DNA of 64,000 nt from Octopus sinensis (lineage: Eukaryota): the NCBI RefSeq assembly GCF_006345805.1, contig NC_043005.1:12896001-12960000 (forward strand), in the 5' to 3' direction. The position numbers and the translations under genes are program-made. This document shows positions 51,491 through 62,400 of this stretch, piece after piece. Every line of letters begins with the position of its first letter. The stretch's first letter is position 1. The notes beneath the pieces are model-generated. The model made no database searches and was not told the origin of the DNA. It worked only from the letters and a program-made list of their open reading frames with translations.

Positions 51491-51881
51491 CTAAAGAAAA
51501 TAATCTAATATTGGGGCATATAAGCCTTCGACGGAAATTAAATAGCGTTTCCGTACGCGTGGGGCTCGAACCCACAGTTATTTGTTTTCGCGACAAGTGT
51601 GTTACCATTACTGCAACGTACCCCTGGCTTCTTTCTGTCAGGAAGAAAAAAATCGATGCTGCTTATCAAAAAACATCGTAGAACACACACATGATGTTTG
51701 TTTACAAAAACAACACTATGAATAAATTTAGCTCTAAAATATGAGAGGAGAAAGTCAGAGAAACGTTGGTGTAATGGTAACACACTAGATGCGAAAACAA
51801 AGAGCTGCTGATTCGAGTCCCATTCGTGCGGGCAACCCTTCATATTTTTTTCGTCCCAATATTAGACTTATATGCTTTAAG
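51491..51881. other. Head-to-head inverted pair of degenerate tRNA-like cassettes
   Basis: Minus copy ~51550-51619 (GTAATGGTAACAC; T-arm GTGGG-TTCGAGC-CCCAC) and plus copy ~51763-51835 (GGTGTAATGGTAACAC; GATTCGAGTCC; T-run at 51845-51851); shared downstream CCCAATATTAGA. Confidence 0.65.
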
Positions 51882-51945
51882 CTTATAAATATATATAGAT
51901 ACGTGTGTGTATTTGTGTGTGTGTGTGTGTGTATGCATGTATATA

Positions 51946-52170
51946 TATTTCTTTACTACCCAGAAGGGGCTAAACACAGAGGGGACAAACAAGGACAGAC
52001 AAAGGGATTAAGTCGATTACATCGACCCCAGTGCGTAACTGGTACTTAATTTATCGACCTCGAAAGGATGAAAGGCAAAGTCGACCTCGGCGGAATTTGA
52101 ACCCGGAACGTAACGAAATACGGCTACGCATTTCGCCCGGCGTGCTAACGTTTCTGCCAGTTCGACGCCT
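51946..52170 (-). mobile_element. SINE family A, tail-a
   Basis: Reverse complement of 1671-1901. Confidence 0.9.
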
Positions 52171-52199
52171 TGTATGCATGTATATATATATATATATAT

Positions 52200-54678
52200 G
52201 ACATGGAGCAAGTAATACTCCAACCAACCAGAGCGGGTAACACACTGGATCTCTGCTTCACAAATAATATGGATCTCATCCATAATGTGAAAGTGACACC
52301 GACACTACTCTCGGATCACAACATGGTAGAGCTGACCATGTACGGGCCAAAAGAGAGCACGGACATGCAGCCTACAAGAAACCCTCAGAATCTTTCCAGC
52401 TTGAACTTCAATAAGGCAAACTGGAAACAAATTGAGAAAGAGATCCTCAAACAAAACTGGCCTGAATGTCTCTCCTCGCCGGACATCGACATGATACTTC
52501 AACAATTCATGTCTGTAATGCAAGCCATATGCTACAAATGTGTCCCAGAGAGAAAGGCCACTGTACACAAGAACAAAATCCCCAGAGAGAGAAAAATTTT
52601 AATGAGACGGCGCACAAAAATCTCAAATCGCCTAAACAAACAAATTGAAAGCAGTGAAAAGTCCCGCCTGAAAATAAAACTTTTGGAAATTGAAAATTGT
52701 CTGCAACTCTCCCATGAGAAGGAAAGAGCAGACAAAGAAGCCTGGGCTATAGACAACATAAAAACTAACCCCAGAGCTTTCTACAGGTATGCCAAAGAAA
52801 CAGCTACGGTGCACTGTAGGATAGGCCACTCCTTGAAAAGGATGGCACACTCACAGGAAAACCAATGAGGGTAAGTGAAATACTGAATGAACAATTCAAG
52901 AGTGTTTTCACTCCACCCCTTGGGCATTTCCAAATCAGCAATCCAACTGACTTTTTTACCACTGCAGATATAGAATCAGAGGCGGCAACGTTAAATTACA
53001 TCGATATAAAGGAAGACGATGTAATAAAGGCTATAGATGAAATGAAAATAGACTCAGCTATTGGCCCCGATGGATTCCCGGCAATCCTCCTAAAAGTATG
53101 TAAGAGAGTCTTAGCAAGACCACTGCAGTTCCTCTTTCAGAGCTTCCTTGCAGCTGGCAAACTTCCAAGAAAACTGAAGGAAGGTAAAATATGCCCTATT
53201 CATAAAGGAGGTAGCAGAGCGGAGGCCAAGAACTACAGACCTATCTCTCTGACCTCACACATCAGCAAGGTCATGGAACGAATAGTCAGAAGGAAACTAA
53301 TCACCTTCCTTGAAGAAATGACTTGCTGCCTGACACCCAACATGGTTTCCGACCAGGAGAAGCTGCTTAACTCAGCTCCTGCAGCACTATGACTGGGTGC
53401 TGAAACAACTGCTCAACCACTCAAATGTGGAAGTCATATATCTCGACTTCGCAAAGGCCTTCGATAAAGTCGATCATGGAATGATATGTCACAAACTGCG
53501 TGATCTTGGCATAGTTGGAAAACTAGGAGAATGGCTTCACGACTTTCTGAAGAATAGAAGTCAGGTGGTAGTAGCCAATGGGGCCACTTCCATTAGCACG
53601 CAAATAGTGAGCGGTGTTCCACAGGGCACTGCTTTGGGACCACTACTGTTCATAATGGCCCTCTCAGACATGCCCTCAGCCACGCGGAGAGCCACGATCA
53701 CAAGTTATGCAGATGATACAAAAGTTTCACAGGCAATACAGAACCCTGAAGACACTAGGCACCTGCAATATGAGCTGGACGAAATATACAAGTGGGCTGA
53801 AAAGAATAGCATGCAGTTTAATGCTGAAAAGTTTCAAGCTTTATACTATCAGCATGCAAAACTGAACCCGGAGGGATTGCAATCCCAGAGGCACAATCAG
53901 TGCGTGACCTGGGTATTCACATGAGTGATGACGCGACATTTCATGTACATGTTGCTAAACTGACAATGAAATGCAGACGGCTGGCTGGATGGATTCTTAG
54001 AACCTTTAGAACAAGAGAACAAGAAACCATGATGGTCCTCTGGAAGACACTTGTCCTAAGTCACTTTGACTATTGCTCTCAGCTATGGTCACCATCCAGT
54101 GTCAAGTTGATCACAGAACTTGAGGCGATCCAACGAAGCTACACGAAGAAGATAGCCTCTATGCAGAATGTAAGCTACTGGGAAAGACTCAAGAGATTAA
54201 AATTATATCCCTGGAGCGTAGGCGGGAAAGATATGCCATAATATACATCTGGAAGATCCTGGAGGGAAGTGTCCTGAACTTTGGCATCGAGAGTTACGCA
54301 AACGCCAGAACTGGGCGCCACTGCGTGGTGCCTAGGACTCCAAACTTGCCATCAAGATGTAGGACAAGATTCTGTGATAGCCTGGGCTTCCGAGGCCCAC
54401 AGCTCTTCAATATCCTCCCGATGAACCTGAGAGACCTGCATGGGGTGGATACAGATGTCTTTAAAATGGAGCTGGATCTCTTCCTGTCAGGTGTCCCAGA
54501 TGAACCAACTTCACGGCAGGAGGGGCAGATGAGGGCAGCTGCATCGAACTCTCTCATGCACCAAATAGCAGTTGCTAGAAAGCCTCCATGAAGTGAAACC
54601 AAGTAGCAACACCAAATGGCGGTGCCCAAGCATGGCCACAGATCATAAGCTGAAACTGGAATCAATCAATCAATCAAT

Positions 54679-54682
<4 letters not shown>
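52200..54682 (+). mobile_element. CR1-clade LINE, 5'-truncated in the endonuclease domain, frameshifted
   Basis: PTRAGNTLDL..SDHNMV, NYRPISLTSHISKVMERIV, YLDFAKAFDKVDH, SGVPQGTALGPLLF, YADDTKV; (AATC)n tail. Confidence 0.95.
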
Positions 54683-54711
<29 letters not shown>

Positions 54712-54909
54712 TATACAGCATGGACTCTCCTGTCAATAGACGACATATGACATATGAGGATCCTGCAATTTTCTTATTGAACAGCGACACATTACATTTG
54801 TTTATTGTGATAAAATATTTGTGATATATATATATATATATATATATACGTAAATGTAGAACAATGAAATGAGTGCTCAACAACGCATTGGTGGATATAT
54901 AATTTCTTG

Positions 54910-55158
54910 ATTTGTGAATAAATGCTACCATTGGTTTCATGTTAAGACGAGTAGGAAAATATCCTACTATCTTAACAATTTTTCAAACCGATCGCACGCG
55001 GAAAGGTGTTCTCCATTTTGGAAAACAGAAACGAGACTGTTTTCCAAAATGGAGGCGGGCACCTTTCTCCGTATGATCGGCTTGAAAAATTGTTAAGATA
55101 CTAGGATATTTTCCTACTCGTCTTAACATGAAACCAATGGTAGCATTTATTCACAAAT
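54910..55158. repeat. ~250-bp near-perfect palindrome (foldback element)
   Basis: ~120-bp arms with the outer 56 bp identical, 8-nt loop at 55029-55036; a diverged half-copy at ~55655-55755. Confidence 0.92.
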
Positions 55159-55800
55159 AAAGAGCGTGTGTGTGTGTGTGTGTGTGTGTTGTGTGTGTGT
55201 GTGGTAAGAAGAAAAGGAAGAACTAAAAAATCCAAACAGGTATCAATAAAACACTCAGATTTAAAGGAATTTAGATAAATCTACCACACAATCAGACACC
55301 AATAAATGCAAGCAGAGTACACACCCATCGTAATCTTGATGTATGACAAGTAGATCCAAATATCATTTAGAAGAACTTCGAGAAATACTGATAGAGAAAA
55401 TCTCTTTAATTGGAGAAATTGTTTCTGTTGTATCAACATATTTAAATATAGAAAATACCATTGAAATTAGTATATCACTTTGAATGTATCCTAATTTTGG
55501 ATCGCCTTGAAAGCGTTGTGTTAACATTCTGTTTTGGATATATCAATTACTATGATATTTTGTAAATCTAGATATGTTGACACAGCGGAAGCAATGGTGA
55601 ATTCTACAATTAAAGACGTGATTTTTCTTCTGTCTGTATTTTTGTTTATATTTTGGTTTTTCTCCAGAATGGAGACGAACACCATTCCCCTATGTGATCG
55701 GCTCAAAAAAGTGTTGAGATGAAACCAATGTGAGCCTTAATTCATAAATAAATAAATTCTATCCAGCAATGGATCGTTCGACATTTTTGAATGTATGTAT

Positions 55801-56191
55801 GTGGAGTGGCTGTGTGGTAAGTAGCTTGTTTACCAACCACATGGTTCCGGGTTCAGTCCCACTGCGTGGCACCTTGGGCAAGTGTCTTCTACTATAGCCT
55901 CGGGTCGACCAATGCCTTGTGAGTGGATTTGGTAGACGGAAACTGAAAGAAGCCCGTCGTATATATGTATATGTATATATATGTGTGTGTGTGTTTGTGT
56001 GAGTGTGTTTGTCCCCCTAGAATTGCTTGACAACCGATGCTGGTGTGTTTATGTCCCCGTTACTTAGCGGTTCGGCAAAAGCGACCGATAGAATAAGTAC
56101 TGGGCTTACAAAAAATCGAGTTGCTCGATTAAAGGCGGTGCTCCAGCATAGCCGCAGTCAAATGTTTGAAACAAGTAAAAGAGTAAAAGAG
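55801..56191 (+). mobile_element. SINE family B
   Basis: Matches 21064-21511. Confidence 0.9.
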
Positions 56192-56210
56192 TATGTATGT
56201 ATGTATTATG

Positions 56211-56244
<34 letters not shown>

Positions 56245-56359
56245 TGAATGTATGTATGAATGTATGTATGTATATACAGCCATATATACATGTATGAATG
56301 CATGTATATATGTATGTGATCTTGGTAAGACTGTAAGACGAGTCAGGAGTTCTAAATAA

Positions 56360-56365
56360 TTTATT
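56360..56365 (-). promoter_or_regulatory. Candidate polyadenylation signal of the repeat-protein gene
   Basis: AATAAA on the minus strand ~95 nt after the TAG at 56460-56462. Confidence 0.55.
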
Positions 56366-56459
56366 CAGTTACAATATCATGTTTGTTGATTTTGCGCCCT
56401 CCTCGATTGCTGCATGCACAATGAAGGACACTCTTCAAATGGTAAGTCTTGCTTGATAG

Positions 56460-59400
56460 CTACTGAGGTTTCTTCATTGAATGATGAACCTCGATACTTG
56501 TTATCTGGCACGGCCCTTTCCTTACTGGTGGGACACACATAGTGGCCGGTAAGCATCGTGTCTTGAACCCTGAATTTCCAGTACTTGCAGAAGCAGCGAC
56601 CTGTTGATTGCAAAAATGACATCCTTTTAGTCTGTTGGGGACGACTCGTGGCCTAGTAAGGCCACCTTGATGCCTGATGTGGTAATGTTGTTTGTTGTCA
56701 TGGCACACGTGCTTGCTGGTGTGACATACACATTGGCTGTTGTTCCTCTCTTGTGAGCTGAGGCCCACCTGTCGACAGCTGGCACACTCTTGTTGCCCAG
56801 TACGGAAGATCTGCTCTTTGGGGTGGCTCCTATACTGGATACAATGTTCTTTTGTGTAGAAATCCGGTGGGGACGTAAGTGTCCTTTGTTTGGTAAAGGG
56901 GTTTTGCATTAGATCGGAGAAGGCCATCTCTTGCTTAACGAGACTATTTCGTTGGCTAGAGAGGCTCTGTTGATGGCTGGTGAGGCTCCGTTGATGATTG
57001 ATAAGGTTCTGATATTCGTTACTATGGTCCGCTTGTTGACTGAAGTTACTTAGTTGGTTGGTAAAGCATTTGTTTGATTTGGTGATGTTTATTTGATGGT
57101 TCACATGTCGGTTGCAGGGGATGACTCGGTATATGGGACGACTTTCTTGCTGACAAACTGAGCATCGTTTTTGACTCGTGAAATGACCCTGTTGATTTCT
57201 GAGGCTCGCCTGCTGAGTACCTATATTCATTCGTATCTTAGGTATATCCGCACATTGACAAATAGGTTTCATTCGTTTGTTGATGGGGTTCACCTTTTGA
57301 ATGGTTATATGCCTTTGTTCACTGAGAATGGCTCCATCTTGATTGGCAAGGTCTTCTTGGCTGGTACTCCTGCTCTCTTCTAGACTGGCAGCGCTTCCTT
57401 TTTCACTACTGAGGCTACTTTCTGAACGGCTGGGGCTTTTCTCTTTATTCTGATTGGTGAATATAGCTTGTTGACAGATGTGTCGGGCTTGATCGTCGAT
57501 GTAGATTGCTTGGCTGTTTAAGCATCTTTCTTGACTGACGGGTCTGGCTTGCTGATGTGCACTGTATAAGCATCCATCTTCAATGGTGTGGGTCTCTTGA
57601 TGAACGGGAATAGTCTCTTTTTGACTAGTGATTCTCTCTCGTTGAATTATCCCGTATCCTTCATGAATAGTGAAGCTCTCTCCTTGTTGACTAGTGATGC
57701 ACACCCCTGGTTGACTACTGATGCTCTCTCGCGGATATTTGAGGATTCCTTGACTAGAGATGATTTCTCGTTCACTGTCGACGTCTCCTTGATAAGTAAT
57801 ACTCTCTCGTTGACTTTTGACGGCTTCGTTTTGAGTACTGATGCCCTCTCGTTGAATTTTTACGTATCCTTCTTGCTGACTGATGACGTCTCCTTGACTA
57901 GTGGCAATATCTCGTTGTATTTTAATGCTTCTTTGTTGACAATTGATGCACTCTCGTGGACTGTCAACGTCTCTTTCACTAGTGATGTTCTTCCAGTAAC
58001 TGTCAATGCCTCTTTCGTGACTAGGAATGCCCTCTCGTGGACGTTTGACGTCACCTTTTTCACCAATGATGTCCTCTCGTTGACTGTCAACGTCTAATTG
58101 TTGACCAGTGACACTCTCTCGAGGACTCTCGACGGTTTCTTGTTGACTTGTGATGCTCTTTCGTTGACTTTTGACGACACCCTCTTCACCAATGATGCAT
58201 TCTCGTTGACTATCAGCATCTAATTGTTCATTAGTCACTCGAGGACTGTCGATGATTCCTTGTTGACCTGTGATGCTCCCTCGTTTACTGTCGATGCGTC
58301 CTTCTTGACCAGTGATGCTCTCTGGTTCACGTTTGACGTCACCTTCTTCACCAATGATGCCCACTCGTTGACTGTCGACGTCTAAGTGTTGACTAGTGAT
58401 GCTCTTCCGAGGACTGTCGACGATTCCTTGCTGACTTTTGATGCTCCCTCGTTTACTGTCGATGCGTCCTTCTAGATTAGTGATGTCCTCTCGAGGACTG
58501 ACGACGATTCCTTGCTGACTTGTGATGCTCCCTCGTTTACTGTCGATGCGTCCTTCTTGACTAGGAATGCTCTCTCGTTGAGGTTTGACGTCACCTTCTT
58601 CACCAATGATGCCCTCTCGTTGACTGTCGACGTCTAATTGTTGACTAGTGATGTCCTCTCGAGGACTGTCGACGATTCCTTGTTGACTTGTGATGCTCCC
58701 TCGTTTACTGTCGATGCGTCCTTCTTGACTAGGAATGCTCTCTCTTGGACGTTTGACGTCACCTTCTTCACCAATGATGCCCTCTCGTTGACTGTCGACG
58801 TCTAATTGTTGACTAGTGATGTCCTCTCGAGGACTGTCGACGATTCCTTGTTGACTTGTGATGCTCCCTCGTTTACTGTCGGTGCGTCCTTCTTGACTAG
58901 GAATGCTCTCTCTTGGACGTTTGACGTCACCTTCTTCACCAATGATGCCCTCTCGTTGACTGTCGACGTCTAATTGTTGACTAGTGATGTCCTCTCGAGG
59001 ACTGTCGACGATTGCTTGTTGACTTGTGATGCTCCCTCGTTTACTGTCGATGCGCCCTTCTTGACTAGTAATGCTCTCTCGTGGACGTTTGACGTCACCT
59101 TCTTCACCAATGATGCCCTCTCGTTGACTGTCGACGTCTAATTGTTGACTAGTGATGTCCTCTCGAGGACTGTCGACGATTCCTTGTTGACTTGTGATGC
59201 TCCCTCGTTTACTGTCGATGCGTCCTTCTTGACTAGGAATGCTCTCTCGTGGACGTTTGACTTCACCGTCTTCACTAATGATGCCCTCTCGTTGACTGTC
59301 AACGTCTAATTGTTGACCAGTGGCACTCTCTCGAGGACTGTCGACGGTTTCTTGTTGACTAGTGATGCTCTTTCGTTGACTTTTGACGACACTTTCTTCA

Positions 59401-62400
59401 CTAATGATGCATTCTCGTTGACTATCAGCATCTAATTGTTCATCAGTCACTCGAGGACTGTCAACGATTCCTTGTTGACTTGTGATGCTCCCTCGTTTAC
59501 TGTCGATGAGTCCTTTTTGACTAGTGATGTCCTCTCGAGGACTGACGATGATTCCTTGTTGACTTGTGATGCTCCCTCGTTTACTGTCGATGCGTCCTTC
59601 TTGACTAGGAATGCTCTCTCGTGGACGTTTGACGTCACCTTCTTCACCAATGATACCCTCTCGTTGACTGTCAACGTCTAATTGTTGACCAGTGACACTC
59701 TCTGGAGGACTGCCGACGGTTTCTTGTTGACTAGTGATGCTCTTTCGTTGACTTTTGACGACACCCTCTTCACTAATGATGCATTCTCGTTGACGATCAG
59801 CATCTAATTGTTCATCAGTCACTCGAGGACTGTCAACGATTCCTTGTTGACTTGTGATGCTCCCTCGTTTACTGTCGATGAGTCCTTTTTGACTAGTGAT
59901 GTCCTCTCGAGGACTGACGACGATTCCTTGTTGACTTGTGATGCTCCCTCGTTTACTGTCGATGCGTCCTTCTTGACTAGGAATGCTCTCTCGTGGACGT
60001 TTGACGTCACCTTCTTCACCAATGATACCCTCTCGTTGACTGTCGACGTCTAATTGTTGACTTGTGATGATCTCTCGAGGACTGTCGACGATTTCTTCTT
60101 GGCTTGTGATGCTCACTCGTTGACTATCAATGATACGTTCTTGACTAGTGATGTTCTCTCGTTGAGCTTTGACGTCACCTTCTTCACAAATGATGTCGTC
60201 TCGTTGCGTGTTCATGTAAATTAGTTGACTAACGATACTCTCACGAGGACTAGCATCGTATATTTGTGGACTTGTGATGCTCCCTCGTTTACTGTCGATG
60301 CGTCCTTCTAGATTAGTGAGGCTCTCTCGAGGAGTGAAGACATTTCCTTGTTGACTTGTGATGCTCCCTCGGGGACTAACGACTATTCTTTGCTGACTTG
60401 TCTTGCTTCCTCGTTTACTGTCGATGCGTCGCTCTAGACTGGTGTTGCTCACTCGAGGAGTGATGACGTTTCCTTGTTGACTAGTGATGCTCCCTCGTTT
60501 ACTGTCGATGCGTCCTTCTTGACTAGTGATGCTCTCTTGTGGAGTGAAATCGATTCTTTGCTGACCTGTAGCGCTCTCTTTTTTACTGTCGATGCGCCCT
60601 TCTTGTCTAGTAATGCTCTCTCGTGGACATTTGACGTCACCTTCTTCACCAATGATGTCCTCTCGTTGACCCTCGACGTCGAATTGTTGATTAGTGATGT
60701 CATCTCGAGGACTGTCGACGGTTCCTTGTGGAGTTGTCATGCTCCCTCGTTTACTGTCGATGCGTCCTACTTGACTAGTGGTGCTCCCTCGAGGACTGAC
60801 GACGATTCCTTGCTGACTTGTCTTGCTCCCTCGTTTACTGTCGATGCGTCCTTCTTGACTAGTGGTGCTCCCTCGAGGACTGACGACGATTCCTTGCTGA
60901 CTTGTCTTGCTCCCTCGTTTACTGTCGATGCGTCCTTCTTGACTAGTGGTGCTCCTTCGAGGACTGACGACGATTCCTTGCTGACTTGTCTTGCTCCCTC
61001 GTTTACTGTCGATGCGTCCTTCTTGACTAGTGGTGCTCCCTCGAGGACTGACGGCGATTCCTTGCTGATCTGTGCTGCTCCCTCGTTTACTGTCGATGCG
61101 TCCTTCTTGACCAGTGGTGCTCCCTCGAGGACTGACGGCGATTTCTTGCTGACCCGTGTTGCTCCCTCGTTTACTGTCGATGCGTCCTTCTTGACCAGTG
61201 GTGCTCCCTCGAGGACTGACGGCGATTCCTTGCTGATCTGTGCTGCTCCCTCGTTTACTGTCGATGCGTCCTTCTTTACCAGTGGTGCTCCCTCGAGGAC
61301 TGACGGCGATTTCTTGCTGACCCGTGTTGCTCCCTCGTTTACAGTCGATGCGTCCTTCTTGACTAGTGGTGCTCCCTCGAGGACTGACGGCGATTCCTTG
61401 CTGATCTGTGCTGCTCCCTCGTTTACTGTCGATGCGTCCTTCTTGACCAGTGGTGCTCCCTCGAGGACTGACGGCGATTTCTTGCTGACCCGTGTTGCTC
61501 CCGCGTTTACTGTCGATGCGTCCTTCTTGACTAGTGGTGCTCCCTCGAGGACTGACGGCGATTTCTTGCTGACCCGTGTTGCTCCCGCGTTTACTGTCGA
61601 TGCCTCCTTCTTGACTAGTGGTGCTCCCTCGAGGACTGAGGGCGATTTCTTGCTGACCCGTATTGCTCCCTCGTTTACTGTCGATGCGTCCTTCTTGACC
61701 AGTGGTGCTCCCTCGAGGACTGACGGCGATTTCTTGCTGACCCGTGTTGCTCCCTCGTTTACTGTCGATGCGTCCTTCTTGACTAGTGGTGCTCCCTCGA
61801 GGACTGACGACGATTCCTTGCTGATCTGTGTTGCTCCCTCGTTTACTGCCGATGCGTCCTTCTTGACTAGTGGTGCTCCCTCGAGGACTGACGGCGATTT
61901 CTTGCTGACCCGTGTTGCTCCCTCGTTTACTGTCGATGCGCCCTTCTTGACTAGGAATGCTCTCTCGTTGACGTTTGACTTCACCGTCTTCACTAATGAT
62001 GCCCTCTTGTTGACTGTCAACGTCTAATTGTTGACCAGTGACACTCTCTCTAGGAACGTCGACGGTTCCTTGTTGACTAGTGATGCTCTCTCGTTGACTT
62101 TTGACGACACCCTCCTCACTAATGATGCATTCTCGTTGACTATCAGCATCTAATTGTTCATCAGTCACTCGAGGACTGTCGACCATTCCTTGTTGACCTG
62201 TGATGATCTCCCATTTACTCTCAATCTCTTCTTCTTGACTAGTAATGCTCTCTCGATGACTTTTGAGGTCACCTTCTTGACTAGGACCTTCGACTAATAT
62301 TTGAGGACTAGCGTTGCTCCCTCGTCTTCTGTTGATGAGTCCTTCTTGACTAGGAATGCTCTCTCGCTGACTTTTGACATCACCTTCTTCACTACTGATA

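Noticed and set aside
56460-57900. Reflectin or neurofilament identity for the giant ORF
   Set aside because: It lacks the Met/Tyr-rich reflectin motifs and any coiled-coil rod or KSP repeats
60740-61940. Regular array superficially like CRISPR
   Set aside because: Contiguous in-frame tandem units with no unique spacers, no cas genes, eukaryotic context
60474-62027. 517-aa plus-strand ORF, 417-aa second minus frame, and 296-aa ORF at 63036-63926
   Set aside because: Shadows of the 84-bp repeat; they close wherever the units diverge, while only the main minus frame stays open throughout
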